From: an uncultured delta proteobacterium
GTDB taxonomy: Bacteria; Desulfobacterota; Binatia; UBA9968
Assembly (NCBI GenBank): GCA_963840855.1
Contig: CAWJBB010000040.1
Span: 224,001-288,000, forward strand
Length of the DNA: 64,000 nucleotides
Reading direction: 5' to 3'
A model generated the notes under the pieces. It did no database searches, was not told where the DNA came from, and saw only the letters and a list, made by a program, of their open reading frames with translations. Of this stretch, positions 28,536 to 38,767 are shown piece by piece (within the stretch, counting starts at the first letter, position 1; every line of letters begins with the position of its first letter). A program made the position numbers and the translations under genes.

Positions 28536-29366
28536 ATGCGGAGTTTTTCAAACAGCTTCGTTATTTTCTTTTATCAGGTCGCCTTGGGAGGTCTTTTCGC
28601 GGTGGCCGCAACGCCGTTTCACGAGCTCGATCGGGCCTTCTACAAATCCACCGGCGCGGTGTTGTTCGCCATCGCATTATTAAGCCTATGGGGAAAAAGC
28701 CAGTTTTACTGGCAAGCCGTCACCACCCACTTTGCCATCGTCACCGCCGCGGAGCTTTTCTTTCACGCCGCTTTCGTCATCTGCTTTGCCGTTTATATCG
28801 TTTCACTTTGGACGGAGAGACAATATTTCCGTGCCCGCAGTTTTTCGTCGGCGATTCTCACCGGGCTGGCGGGCTTGATTCTGACCGGGCTTAATTCTTA
28901 TACTGCGCCGGTTTACTCGCTGGAAATTCTGATTTACCCAATCGCCTTTTTCTTATCAGCTCTGCTGTTGGGCAGCGTAACGGTGGGAATGTTGATCGGC
29001 CATTGGTACCTCATCGACACCGGCCAGAGTATCGACCCCTTCGTGCGCATCTACAAGTTCTTTGTCGCCGCATTGCTCTTGCAAAGCGGCTTTCTAATGC
29101 TCTCGGCGCTATGGATTTATCTCGCCGGCGCGACCACCACCCTGGCGAGCTTAAAAATGCTTTGGGCGCAACACTCGACTCTGCTGGTGACGCGTATCGC
29201 GGTAGGACAGGCCGCCCCGCTGCTTCTGTCCTGGATGATTTGGCGCACGCTGCTGATCCCGCACACTATGGCGGCTACGGGACTTTTCTATATCGCGCTT
29301 TTGGGAGTCTTCGTCGGCGAGATACTAGGACGGCAAATTCTCACCTTGAGTGCCTTGCCGTTCTGA
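28536..29366 (+). CDS. Polytopic membrane protein of unknown function
   Basis: About 8 hydrophobic segments; GMLIGHWYL and HTMAATGLFYIA motifs. Confidence 0.75.
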   Translation: MRSFSNSFVIFFYQVALGGLFAVAATPFHELDRAFYKSTGAVLFAIALLSLWGKSQFYWQAVTTHFAIVTAAELFFHAAFVICFAVYIVSLWTERQYFRARSFSSAILTGLAGLILTGLNSYTAPVYSLEILIYPIAFFLSALLLGSVTVGMLIGHWYLIDTGQSIDPFVRIYKFFVAALLLQSGFLMLSALWIYLAGATTTLASLKMLWAQHSTLLVTRIAVGQAAPLLLSWMIWRTLLIPHTMAATGLFYIALLGVFVGEILGRQILTLSALPF

Positions 29367-29651
29367 ATTTGACTTCTCACCCGCGCCAGCGGGCGGGTAG
29401 GTTTTGATTTTGGTGACTCTCAGGCCGCTGGGAGTCCAGCCTAAATCGTAGCCTACGGATTCCCCTTCTCGCAGATCTTGAACGGTCTTTGCCGCGCCGC
29501 AGAGTAGCACGAACTCGTATGAAAAAGGCACTTCCCGGCCGCTTTCTATGCGCACAAAGCCGGTATTGTTAGAAGGAAAAAGCTTCGTGATCACGCCGTG
29601 ATGAAACAGGTCGCTTGGCACCGACGGATCGGTTTTGTCCGTATCGCTCAT
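29325..29651 (-). CDS. Cold-shock/OB-fold-like hypothetical protein
   Basis: HGVITKLFP...TGFV....GREVPF, LREGESVGY resemble a CSD. Confidence 0.65.
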   Translation of the reverse strand: MSDTDKTDPSVPSDLFHHGVITKLFPSNNTGFVRIESGREVPFSYEFVLLCGAAKTVQDLREGESVGYDLGWTPSGLRVTKIKTYPPAGAGEKSNSERQGTQGENLPS

Positions 29652-29716
29652 ATCTGGAAATTGTGTTGGCTCGGCGAGCGCAGACCGCAACGACCAGGTT
29701 AGAAACCTGAAATCGC

Positions 29717-30244
29717 TTATAACGGCTGTTTTTGCCTGGCGATTCGCCCCTGAAGCTCCATCAATCCGTCCAGTACGGCCTCCGGGCGCGGCGGACAACC
29801 AGGGACGTAGACGTCGACCGGAATGATTCTGTCAATCCCCTGCACCGTTGCGTAGTTATCGTAAAAACCGCCGCTCGCCGCGCAGGCGCCAAAGGCCATG
29901 ACCCATCTAGGTTCGGACATTTGCTCGTAAACCCGTTTCAGCACCGGTGATAGTTTATGATTTACCGTGCCAATGACCATCAGCAGGTCGGCCTGCCGCG
30001 GGCTGAAACGCGGTAACAGTGCGCCAAACCTGTCGATATCATAGGGCGACATGGAGAGCGACATATATTCCATCGCGCAACAAGCCGTGGCGAACGGATA
30101 TGGGAAGAGCGAATACTTGCGCGCCCAACCGACGGCCTTATCCAAGCGCGTCAGGACAACGGTTTCGGTTAGCAGCTTGTCCGGCCCAAACTTGGAACTT
30201 GTCGAGGAATCGATTTGATCCATAGAGGAACCTGTATGTGCCAT
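29717..30244 (-). CDS. nuoB: NADH-quinone oxidoreductase subunit B (standalone)
   Basis: ATACCAME, RFSPRQAD, GACAASGG, PGCPPRPE; start ATG after GGAG. Confidence 0.93.
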   Translation of the reverse strand: MAHTGSSMDQIDSSTSSKFGPDKLLTETVVLTRLDKAVGWARKYSLFPYPFATACCAMEYMSLSMSPYDIDRFGALLPRFSPRQADLLMVIGTVNHKLSPVLKRVYEQMSEPRWVMAFGACAASGGFYDNYATVQGIDRIIPVDVYVPGCPPRPEAVLDGLMELQGRIARQKQPL

Positions 30245-30318
30245 GTCGTCTCCCGTTAAACGAAAGTTACTATGTTTCGGAGGGGGGCTCAAGCTCAACG
30301 GGTCGGTCCTTAATGACA

Positions 30319-30389
30319 GTTCAAGCCGTTCAAATAGTTCAAATCGTTCCAAGCGTTTTGACAGCTTGAACGACTTGAACGATTTGAAC
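30319..30389. repeat. GTTCAA 9-nt-period hairpin element
   Basis: GTTCAAGCC GTTCAAATA GTTCAAATC GTTCCAAGC...TTGAACGAC TTGAACGAT TTGAAC. Confidence 0.88.
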
Positions 30390-30461
30390 CCACCGATTTG
30401 CTCTTGACCCGGCGGCTCTCTATCGACTAGCTTCCGGTCATCACGCGAGGAAGGGGACATC

Positions 30462-31625
30462 ATGGACTTTAATCTCCCTGAAGAAATGCAAATTCTGAAA
30501 AACACAGTGCGCCGCTTTGTCGACAAAGAGTTGATACCGCTGGAGCGCGAGTACCGTCACGACAGCGAGGGACCGATGCCGGAGCATTTACTCAAACCGC
30601 TTCAGGAAAAGGCCAAGGCGATGGGGCTCTGGATGCTCGACGTGCCGGCAGAGTACGGCGGCGCGGGGCTTGGACTGCTGCCGCGCTGCATCATTCATGA
30701 AGAGATCGCCCGCGCCGCGTCGCTGCCCTTTCGCAGTCTGGAATTGTTCGGCCCGGAAGTGCGCCCTGTGCTGTTTCACTGCAACGAGGAACAAAAAAAA
30801 CGCTTCCTGGAGCCGGTCCTGCGCGGCGAGATGCGCTTTTGCTTCGCCCAGACCGAGCCGGACGCGGGCAGCGATCCGGCCAATATGCGCACACGGGCCG
30901 TGCGCGAGGGCGATAACTTCGTCATCAACGGCACCAAGCGCTTTATCACCGCCGCGGGCCGCGCCGATTACGTCCAGCTCATGGCGCTCACCGATCCGGA
31001 AAAGCGCGCCCGCGGCGGAATTACCTGCTTTGCCGTCGATCTCAAGACGCCCGGAGTGACGTTGGAGCGGCAGTGGCCAACCATGATGGGCGAGGCGCCT
31101 TGGCAGATTCTGTTCGAGAATGCTCGGGTGCCGGCGGCCAATATCATCGGGGAGATAGGCGGCGGTTTTTCACTTGCGCAAAAGTGGATCGGTGAAGGCC
31201 GCATCAGAGGCCACGGCGCCCGTCCCGTGGGCATCGCGCAGCGCGCCCTTGATATGATGATCGAGTATTCAAAAGTTCGCGTGACTTTCGGCCGGCCGCT
31301 TGCCGATCGCCAGGCGATCCAATTCATGATCGCCGACTCGGCGATGGAGCTGCATGCAACAAGGCTCATGGTCCATGAGTGCGCATGGCGCCAAGATCAA
31401 GGCGAGGACGTCCGAAATTTATCCTACATGGTCAAGGTCATGGCCACCGAGATGGCTAGCCGGGTGGTGGACCGCTCGATTCAGGTGCACGGCGGGCTTG
31501 GGCTGATGAAGGAGTTGCCCCTCGAATGGTGGTATCGCCAAATTCGCAGCACGCGCATCACCGAAGGCGCCAACGAAGTCCTGCGCTGGCGCCTGGGCCA
31601 GAACATAATTCGCTCGCACGTTTAA
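30462..31625 (+). CDS. Acyl-CoA dehydrogenase
   Basis: FAQTEPDAGSD, NGTKRFIT, RVTFGRPL, QVHGGLG, RITEG. Confidence 0.93.
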   Translation: MDFNLPEEMQILKNTVRRFVDKELIPLEREYRHDSEGPMPEHLLKPLQEKAKAMGLWMLDVPAEYGGAGLGLLPRCIIHEEIARAASLPFRSLELFGPEVRPVLFHCNEEQKKRFLEPVLRGEMRFCFAQTEPDAGSDPANMRTRAVREGDNFVINGTKRFITAAGRADYVQLMALTDPEKRARGGITCFAVDLKTPGVTLERQWPTMMGEAPWQILFENARVPAANIIGEIGGGFSLAQKWIGEGRIRGHGARPVGIAQRALDMMIEYSKVRVTFGRPLADRQAIQFMIADSAMELHATRLMVHECAWRQDQGEDVRNLSYMVKVMATEMASRVVDRSIQVHGGLGLMKELPLEWWYRQIRSTRITEGANEVLRWRLGQNIIRSHV

Positions 31626-31672
31626 CGGAGCGCTTAAGCTCACAAAGCGCCCAAGTAAACTGATTGCTTCTG

Positions 31673-31741
31673 GTTCAAGTCGTTCAAAACGCCGGATTGT
31701 TCGACGGCTTGAACAACTTGAACGGTTTGAACTATTTGAAC
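31673..31741. repeat. GTTCAA 9-nt-period hairpin element
   Basis: 2x GTTCAA, spacer GCCGGATTGTTCGACGGC, 4x TTGAAC. Confidence 0.88.
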
Positions 31742-31747
31742 GTGTTC

Positions 31748-32101
31748 TTATTGCGACGACGGTTCCTTGACCTTTTTCAATAGTTCGTCGATATGTTGGG
31801 CCTGGTCTTCAGTCTCGTCATAAAAAAACCCGATGGCCGGCACAAACCTTAAATTGATCTCTTTGCCGACCCGCGAACGAATGAAACCGGCGGCGCTGCG
31901 CAGTCCCGCCAGCGCGCTATCTCGGTTCGCGCCGCCACCGAGGAGATTGAAGTAAACGCGGGCATGCTTGAGGTCCTTGGTTACTTTCACGGCAGTGATC
32001 GTGACCCCGCGCACCCTCGGGTCGCGGATATCGCGGCTGATGAGTTCCGAGATTAGCTCGACGAGCAAATCGCCGACGCGGTCTGAGCGCTGGTATTCCA
32101 T
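31748..32101 (-). CDS. rbfA: Ribosome-binding factor A
   Basis: RSDRV, DPRV..VTIT.V.VTKDL..A, AAGFIR, LRFVP. Confidence 0.95.
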   Translation of the reverse strand: MEYQRSDRVGDLLVELISELISRDIRDPRVRGVTITAVKVTKDLKHARVYFNLLGGGANRDSALAGLRSAAGFIRSRVGKEINLRFVPAIGFFYDETEDQAQHIDELLKKVKEPSSQ

Positions 32102-32104
32102 AGG

Positions 32105-32182
32105 GTTCAAAGTTCAAGGTTTAATGTTCAAAGTTTCGGAATCAAACTCGCCCCCTTGAACATTGAACGTTGAACCTTGAAC
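32105..32182. repeat. GTTCAA 7-nt-period hairpin element directly upstream of rbfA
   Basis: 4x GTTCAAN (one GTTTAA)...4x TTGAAC. Confidence 0.88.
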
Positions 32183-32265
32183 GGAATGATCGCTGCAGGC
32201 GAGTCATTCGACCTAAGACCCTGACTGATTCAAATAGTACGGACTAGTCTGATGTGCGTCCCGGT

Positions 32266-32553
32266 CTAACAATGAATAATTTCGCTGCTTGAATCGCCCA
32301 CCTGGGCGAGGCCCATGCCGTCGACGAAGTCTACCACTTTCTGCAATGTCGCCTGCACCACCGGCTCGCTGCTGCCGACCACGGCGAAGCCCAACACCGC
32401 GCTCTGCCAGAGATCCTGGTCGCCGCATTCGCCGACAGAGATGTTGAATTTATCCGCGACCCGCGCTTGAATGCGCTTGATGACGCCGCGCTTGCCCTTA
32501 AGCGAGTGATTCTCGGGCAAGACCAAACTGAGTTTGAGAACCCCCACGATCAT
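32266..32553 (-). CDS. DUF503 (YlxP) family protein
   Basis: MIVGVL, HSLKGKR, FNISV.E...QDLWQ; position in infB operon. Confidence 0.9.
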   Translation of the reverse strand: MIVGVLKLSLVLPENHSLKGKRGVIKRIQARVADKFNISVGECGDQDLWQSAVLGFAVVGSSEPVVQATLQKVVDFVDGMGLAQVGDSSSEIIHC

Positions 32554-32580
32554 GGCCCAACGCGCTGCCGGAAGGTGTTC

Positions 32581-35364
32581 TTAACGAGTTTCCGCTGCCG
32601 TCGCCCGCCCGGACTCGCGCCCCGCGGGATTTGGCGTAATGCGCCGCACCACGGGGGTACGCTCGTAGGCTTCTATGACATCGCCTTGCTTGACGTCTTG
32701 AAATCCTTCGATGCTCAATCCGCATTCGTAGCCCGAAGCCACCTCGCGCACGTCGTCTTTAAAGCGCTTGAGAGTTGCCAGCTTGCCTTCATGGACCACG
32801 ACCTGATCTCGGGTGAGCCGCACCTGATTGCCGCGCTGAATCTTACCCTCTGTGACATAGCAGCCGGCGACGGTGCCGACACCCTGGATGTTGAAAGTCT
32901 GGCGGATCTCCACCCGGCCGTGAACTTGCTCGCGGTAAGTCGGCTCCAGCAAGCCCTCCATGGCAGCGCGCAAGTCCGCCACGACTTCATAGATGATCGT
33001 GTACAGACGCACATCGACGCCTTCGCGGGCGGCGAGAACAGCCCCCTTGGATTCGGGCCGGACGTTGAAGCCGATGACGATGGCGTTGGAAGCGGCGGCG
33101 AGAAGAATGTCGCTCTCCGTGATACCGCCCACCGACCCATGGATGACTCGCAGCTTCACTTCGTCGCCCGACATGCGCGCCAGCGCTTCTGTGATCGCTT
33201 CCACGGAGCCCTGGACGTCGGCCTTGAGCACCAGGCGAAGCTCTTTAACATCGCCGGTCTTGATCTGGTCGTAAAGCTCTTCCAGCGAAACCTTGCTGCT
33301 CTTGACCAGCTCGGTTTCGCGCTGCTTGCTTTGGCGGAATTCAGCCACCTGGCGCGCCTTCGCTTCATCGGCGACGGCGACAAAGGAATCGCCCGCCTGC
33401 GGCACTCCCTGCAAACCGAGAATCTCCACTGGAACGGAAGGCGGAGCCACATCTACCTTGTGGCCGTTGTCGTCGATCATCGCGCGCACCTTGCCGTGAA
33501 AAACGCCGCACACAAAGGCGTCGCCGACATGAAGCGTCCCTTCCTGCACAAGGACCGTAGCCACCGAGCCGCGACCGCGGTCGAGTTTCGCCTCGACGAT
33601 GGTGCCGCGCGCCAATTTCTCGGGGTTCGCTTTCAATTCCAAAATATCCGCCTGCAAGAGCACCATTTCCAACAGATGCGATATGCCATCGTGGGTCTTG
33701 GCTGACACCGGCGCAAACACCGTGTCGCCACCCCAATCTTCCGCCGCCAGGCCATATTCCGCGAGTCCCCTTTTCACGCGCTCGAGGTCGGCGTCGGGAC
33801 GGTCCATTTTGTTCACGGCCACGACGATGGGCACTTCCGCGGCGCGCGCATGGTTGATCGCCTCCACCGTCTGCGGCATGACGCCGTCGTCGGCGGCAAC
33901 GACGAGAATGACGAGATCAGTGACCTTGGCGCCGCGCGCGCGCATGGCCGTGAAGGCCTCGTGCCCCGGCGTATCGAGAAACGTTACGCTGCGCCCGTCC
34001 ACTTGCACGTGGTAAGCGCCGATATGTTGAGTGATGCCGCCATGCTCCTGGGCGGTGACGTTGGTGCTGCGAATCGCGTCGAGCAGCGAAGTTTTACCAT
34101 GGTCGACATGCCCCATGATCGTCACCACGGGCGGACGCGGCTCCAGGGCGGTTTCCTCTTCTTCAACCTGGTGTTCCACTTCCAGGGCGCTATCGGCGTC
34201 AAAGGCGACGTTTTCAACCTGATGGTCGAATTCGGACGCAATCAACGTCGCCGTGTCCGCGTCGAGCATCTGGTTGATGGTCGCCATCATGCCCATGCTC
34301 ATCAGCTTTTTGATAACATCTCCAGCCTTCACGCCCATCTCGCGGGAAAGATCTCCCACCGTAATAACCTCAGAGATCTTGATTACTCGCTTGATTGCCT
34401 TGGGAACGGTGATTTCCGTTTTCCTCTGCTCTCTGCCGGGAAGGGCCCTTTTCTTTTTCGGTATACGCCCCGCCCGCAGGTCTTGTTCCCGGAACTCGAG
34501 GACGTCTTGTTTTTTTACGACCCGCTTCTTGTGCCGGCCGCTTTTCGCCGGTTTCCCCGCTTCGCCCTCAGCCCCGGCCGGCGCGCCTTCTATCGGCGCG
34601 CTTGGAATATCCGTCGAGGCCGGCGCGCCGGGAACCGCACGACGCGCCCCCGGCGGAGGCGCTGCTGGAACTCTCTGGGCTTGCTTGAGATCGATGCGGC
34701 CAAGAACGATGGCCCCTCGGGGCGCTTGAGCTGGTGCGGGTTTTTCTACCGCCGGCTTTGCGATATGAATCACCGGCGGCGGCGCTGGTTCTGGTTCGGC
34801 GACCGGCGCTGCGTCAGGGACATGCGACGGGCGCGCTGCTTCAAGGTCAACGGGAACCGGCGGCGCTACCTCCGCAGCGGGCTCGATGAAGGACGGTTCC
34901 TCGGGGGTGGTATCAGCTTCCGGAAAAAACTCTGCGGAAAATTCTTCAACGGGTTGCTCAACGACCGGCGTCGCCTCAACTACGAGCGGGGGCGCTTCTT
35001 CAGGCGCCGATTGAGTTTCCAGCCGGGGCGGAGCTTCCGCTTGCGGCACTTCCACGCGGCTCGTGCGGCGGCGAATGACATTGGTGCGTACCCTACGTTC
35101 GACGATGGTTTCACGGGATTGAACCTCGCCGAGATTTTCGTCTTCCGCAGTGACGACGCGATCGGCCACCACCTTTTCTTCGCCAACATGGATTTGAGGT
35201 TTTTCTTGCGCAGCCAGAGCGGCGCGGACTCGTGCAACCTCGTCGTCCTCAAGGGCGCTTTGGGCTTTGCGCCCCCTCAAACCCAACTTATCCAACTGGG
35301 CGATGAGGTCCTTGGTCTCAATTCCCAACTCCTTGGCTAGTAGATGGACTCTCGTCTTTCCCAT
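32581..35364 (-). CDS. infB: Translation initiation factor IF-2
   Basis: [28 protein letters not shown]. Confidence 0.97.
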   Translation of the reverse strand: MGKTRVHLLAKELGIETKDLIAQLDKLGLRGRKAQSALEDDEVARVRAALAAQEKPQIHVGEEKVVADRVVTAEDENLGEVQSRETIVERRVRTNVIRRRTSRVEVPQAEAPPRLETQSAPEEAPPLVVEATPVVEQPVEEFSAEFFPEADTTPEEPSFIEPAAEVAPPVPVDLEAARPSHVPDAAPVAEPEPAPPPVIHIAKPAVEKPAPAQAPRGAIVLGRIDLKQAQRVPAAPPPGARRAVPGAPASTDIPSAPIEGAPAGAEGEAGKPAKSGRHKKRVVKKQDVLEFREQDLRAGRIPKKKRALPGREQRKTEITVPKAIKRVIKISEVITVGDLSREMGVKAGDVIKKLMSMGMMATINQMLDADTATLIASEFDHQVENVAFDADSALEVEHQVEEEETALEPRPPVVTIMGHVDHGKTSLLDAIRSTNVTAQEHGGITQHIGAYHVQVDGRSVTFLDTPGHEAFTAMRARGAKVTDLVILVVAADDGVMPQTVEAINHARAAEVPIVVAVNKMDRPDADLERVKRGLAEYGLAAEDWGGDTVFAPVSAKTHDGISHLLEMVLLQADILELKANPEKLARGTIVEAKLDRGRGSVATVLVQEGTLHVGDAFVCGVFHGKVRAMIDDNGHKVDVAPPSVPVEILGLQGVPQAGDSFVAVADEAKARQVAEFRQSKQRETELVKSSKVSLEELYDQIKTGDVKELRLVLKADVQGSVEAITEALARMSGDEVKLRVIHGSVGGITESDILLAAASNAIVIGFNVRPESKGAVLAAREGVDVRLYTIIYEVVADLRAAMEGLLEPTYREQVHGRVEIRQTFNIQGVGTVAGCYVTEGKIQRGNQVRLTRDQVVVHEGKLATLKRFKDDVREVASGYECGLSIEGFQDVKQGDVIEAYERTPVVRRITPNPAGRESGRATAAETR

Positions 35365-35367
35365 CTG

Positions 35368-35658
35368 TTATTCTCCGTGTCGCTCCTTTAGTTCCTGAAC
35401 CATTTTTTCCTTGATGCTTTTACCGATTTCCATATGAAAGGCGCGATATACGCTCTTCCGCCGTAAGAATTTTTCCCAACACGCCCGGGCGCGGTGCAGA
35501 TAACCGCCCCGGCCCGCGCTGCTATCGTCGGCGATCAATTCACCCTGGGCACCGGTTCGCAAGCGGATCAGCCGGCTCTGGTCATCCTGAACGCCACAGC
35601 CCAAACAGCTCCGGCGTGGGGCATGTTCCCGCGTCGCCACTGGCACCCGCTCGCTCAC
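35368..35658 (-). CDS. ylxR: YlxR/DUF448 RNA-binding protein
   Basis: PRRSCLGC, GRGGYLH...C; between nusA and infB. Confidence 0.88.
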   Translation of the reverse strand: MSERVPVATREHAPRRSCLGCGVQDDQSRLIRLRTGAQGELIADDSSAGRGGYLHRARACWEKFLRRKSVYRAFHMEIGKSIKEKMVQELKERHGE

Positions 35659-37007
35659 GCTTCTTTGCTTGCTGCAACCTCCGCCGGCGCGGTGCTTTCG
35701 TCGGCGTGCTGCGCCGCGGCTGCGATTTCAGCTGCCTTTTGCGCCGCTGCTTCCGCTTCTTTGCGCTGTTTTTCCTCTACATGCTCCTTGGCTGACTTGT
35801 GCAACGATTCAGCTTTTTCCTTGCTGATTCCTTCCACGTCCATGATCTCTTCCAGCTCGCTCTGGGCCACGTCCTCGGCGGACTTAAATCCCCCCTGATA
35901 GAGTAGCTCCGCGGCGATATCGCCGATGCCGGGAATGGCACCGATGGATTGGCGCGTGCGGCGAGTTTCTTCTTCGGCCTCCGCCTCGCTGCACACGTCG
36001 ATGCGCCAGCCGGATAGACGGGAAGCAAGCCTGACGTTTTGGCCCTTTTTGCCGATGGCCAGAGACAGCTGGTCGTCCGGCACCACGACTTCCATGCTGT
36101 GCTCGTCGTCGTCGATGATGATTTTGGATACCTTGGCCGGCGCCAGCGCCCGGCAAACATATTCCGCCTGATCGGCAATCCAATGCACGATGTCGATTTT
36201 TTCTCCACGCAACTCCTGAACCACCGACTGGACCCGCGTGCCTTTCATGCCGACGCAGGCGCCCACAGGATCGACATCGGGGTCGTTGGACAGCACCGCG
36301 ATCTTCGCCCTCCCGCCAGGCTCCCGGGCGGCGCCTTTGACTTCAACGATGCCTTCGTAGATTTCCGGCACCTCTTGCTCGAAAAGTTTGATCAACATGC
36401 CGGGATGGGTGCGCGATAGCACGATCTGCGGCCCGCGGCCGGTGATATCGACGCTGACGATATAGGCGCGAATCCGGTCGCCCTGGCGGTAGCGCTCCCG
36501 CGGCACCTGCTCTTTTTCCGGCAGGATCGCGTCGGTGCGGCCAAGGTTGACGATGATGTTGCGCTTCTCGAAGCGCTGCACGATGCCGTTGACGAGTTGT
36601 CCCTCGCGCCCTTTGAATTCGTTGAAAATAATTTCGCGCTCGGCATCGCGCACGCGCTGCACGATATTTTGCTTGGCGGCCTGCGCGGCGATGCGCCCGA
36701 ACTTGCTGGAATCGAGCTTGCACAACAGCTCGTCGCCCATCTCGGCATCGGGATCGAGGTTCTCCCGCGCGTCATTCAAAGTGATCTCTACTTCGGGGTC
36801 CTGTACGGTTTCCACCACCGTTCTGGCTTCGAACAGCTCCACCTCGCCGATCTCCGGATTGAACTGCGCTTCGATCTTGCGCTGGTGGCCGAAGGTTTTT
36901 TTGGCCGCCGAGACCATGGCGTTTTCCAGGGCACCGATCAGTATCGCTTTGTCGATGCCTTTTTCTTTGCTCACCTGTTCGATGACGCGATTGAGATCCT
37001 GCTGCAT
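35655..37007 (-). CDS. nusA: Transcription termination factor NusA
   Basis: FGRIAAQAAKQ, AREPGGRAKIAV, AIGKKGQNVRLA. Confidence 0.97.
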   Translation of the reverse strand: MQQDLNRVIEQVSKEKGIDKAILIGALENAMVSAAKKTFGHQRKIEAQFNPEIGEVELFEARTVVETVQDPEVEITLNDARENLDPDAEMGDELLCKLDSSKFGRIAAQAAKQNIVQRVRDAEREIIFNEFKGREGQLVNGIVQRFEKRNIIVNLGRTDAILPEKEQVPRERYRQGDRIRAYIVSVDITGRGPQIVLSRTHPGMLIKLFEQEVPEIYEGIVEVKGAAREPGGRAKIAVLSNDPDVDPVGACVGMKGTRVQSVVQELRGEKIDIVHWIADQAEYVCRALAPAKVSKIIIDDDEHSMEVVVPDDQLSLAIGKKGQNVRLASRLSGWRIDVCSEAEAEEETRRTRQSIGAIPGIGDIAAELLYQGGFKSAEDVAQSELEEIMDVEGISKEKAESLHKSAKEHVEEKQRKEAEAAAQKAAEIAAAAQHADESTAPAEVAASKEA

Positions 37008-37008
37008 G

Positions 37009-37476
37009 TTACGCGCTCCAGTCGTGCTCGTAATTAGATTTTTCGATCATGGAAAATGGAATCTGAAATTCCGTCCCGTCCTGCGCCAATATGATTTTGT
37101 CTTCAACCACTTCGCCGAGGATACCTAGGAACGAGCGCCGGCCATTGATTATGTCACGGGTGCGAACGCGGATGCGCTTACCGACGAAGCGAGCAAAATG
37201 TTCCGGCCGCTTGAGCGGTCGGTTGATCCCCGGCGAGGAGACTTCAAGCGTGTAGGCGCCGTCCACTACGTCGTCGGCATCGAGAAGTTCGCTCAACGCC
37301 CGGCTCACCCGGCCTAAATCCTCCATGCTCGGGCCGCCTTGTTTGTCCAGAAACAGACGCAGCACGCGCCCGGCGCGTCCACCTTCGCGCCGAAGCTCGA
37401 TATCGATTATCTCCATCTTTTCGCGCGCCACCAATGGCGCCGCAAGCTCCCAGACCCGCTGGACGGTGGCATCCAT
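37009..37476 (-). CDS. rimP: Ribosome maturation factor RimP
   Basis: LRLFLDK.GG, YTLEVSSPGINRPL. Confidence 0.95.
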   Translation of the reverse strand: MDATVQRVWELAAPLVAREKMEIIDIELRREGGRAGRVLRLFLDKQGGPSMEDLGRVSRALSELLDADDVVDGAYTLEVSSPGINRPLKRPEHFARFVGKRIRVRTRDIINGRRSFLGILGEVVEDKIILAQDGTEFQIPFSMIEKSNYEHDWSA

Positions 37477-37496
37477 CTTTGTTCAGGCCCAAAAAC

Positions 37497-37521
37497 TAAA
37501 AAAGCGGGCAACGCCCACTTT
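37497..37521 (-). promoter_or_regulatory. rimP-leader hairpin (terminator-like attenuator)
   Basis: Minus strand AAAGTGGGC-GTT-GCCCGCTTTTTT about 20 nt upstream of rimP. Confidence 0.7.
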
Positions 37522-37662
37522 GAGTAAGACCCTTAAAGTGTAAGATTTTTTTAACATAGCGCCGGAGGCCATTGCAAGGCCCCACGGGGCGCCGGTGCGA
37601 TTGCGTGGCTTGCAGCATTTGTTATGATTTGCTGCCGATTGCGAACCGCCGTGGTGAAAGCC

Positions 37663-38763
37663 TTGAGCCAAACGAAAAAATCATCGCCGAGCGAAATTTC
37701 CTGGGGGCAGATTCTCACCAGCCTGGAGGATGGGGTCATCACCGTGGACCCGCAGGGGAGAATTGTCTTCTTCAACGAAGCCGCGGAAACGCTCACCGAG
37801 ATTTCCGCGGCCAACGCCCGGCGAAATCCGCTAGAGCGGCTCTTCAGGCGCGAGCCTTGGCTATTGGAACTGGCCAGAAAGACTCAGCCGCCGCGCCAGG
37901 AAAGCGCCAGGGGTGAAGGGGATTTTGTCACCCGCCGGGGACGAAAGACTCCGGTCAGCATCACCGCGTCGCCGCTGCGGGACGACGCGGGCGGTTTCGT
38001 CGGCAGCATTCTTCTCCTGCGCGACGACAAACGCCGCAAAGAACTGGAAGAGGACTTGAAACGGGCCGACCGGCTGGCGATGATGGGCACGCTGGCGGCG
38101 GGCCTGGCGCATGAGATCCGCAATCCCCTGAGCGGTATTAAGGGCGCGGCGCAACTCTTGCGCCGCGCCGTCGAAGGCGACGCTTCGCTGCGCGTCTATA
38201 CGGATATCATGATTCGCGAAGTGGGTCGCGTAAACCAACTCATCGAACAGCTTCTGGATTTGTCGCGACCGTGGCAATTGAACTTTGCGCCGGTCAACAT
38301 CCATGAAATCTTGGAAGAAGTGCTCTTACTCGAAGGCCAAGCCGCTCCGGAAAAAAGCGTAACGGTGAAAAAGCAATTCGACCCCAGCCTGCCGCCCATC
38401 AGAGGAGACCGCGCCCAGCTTATGCAGGTTTTTCTCAATCTAGTAAAGAACGCCTACGAGGCAATGGACCATGGCGGCGCCTTGACGCTGGCCACCCGGC
38501 TGGAAACCGACTTTCACGTCCGCGCGCAAGGGAGACGGCGGAGCCGCTTCATCTGGGTGGATATCGCCGACGACGGCGCGGGGATCAAGGAAGCAGACCT
38601 GCCGCATATCTTCTCGCCCTTCTTCACCACGAAAAACTCCGGCACCGGGCTCGGCCTGGCGATCTGCTATCGGATTATCAATGAACATGGCGGCCTGATC
38701 CGCGTCGAAACTAACGAGTGCAAGGGAACTACTTTCAAAGTTTCGCTGGTGGTGGCAGAGTAA
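37663..38763 (+). CDS. ntrB: PAS-domain sensor histidine kinase, NtrB-like (start uncertain)
   Basis: LAHEIRNPL.GIKGAAQLL, QVFLNLVKNA, PFFTTK..GTGLGL. Confidence 0.82.
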   Translation: MSQTKKSSPSEISWGQILTSLEDGVITVDPQGRIVFFNEAAETLTEISAANARRNPLERLFRREPWLLELARKTQPPRQESARGEGDFVTRRGRKTPVSITASPLRDDAGGFVGSILLLRDDKRRKELEEDLKRADRLAMMGTLAAGLAHEIRNPLSGIKGAAQLLRRAVEGDASLRVYTDIMIREVGRVNQLIEQLLDLSRPWQLNFAPVNIHEILEEVLLLEGQAAPEKSVTVKKQFDPSLPPIRGDRAQLMQVFLNLVKNAYEAMDHGGALTLATRLETDFHVRAQGRRRSRFIWVDIADDGAGIKEADLPHIFSPFFTTKNSGTGLGLAICYRIINEHGGLIRVETNECKGTTFKVSLVVAE

Positions 38764-38767
38764 AGCG

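Noticed and set aside
30245-30526. Long N-terminal extension of NuoB (FKSFKSFK...LERFELFERLE)
   Set aside because: It is the translation of a 9-nt-period repeat and overlaps the divergent gene; an SD supports ATG 30244.
33850-35340. 496-aa plus-strand ORF (also 32467-33705 and 21604-22758)
   Set aside because: Antisense shadows of infB and nadC/valS in GC-rich DNA, with no recognisable motifs.
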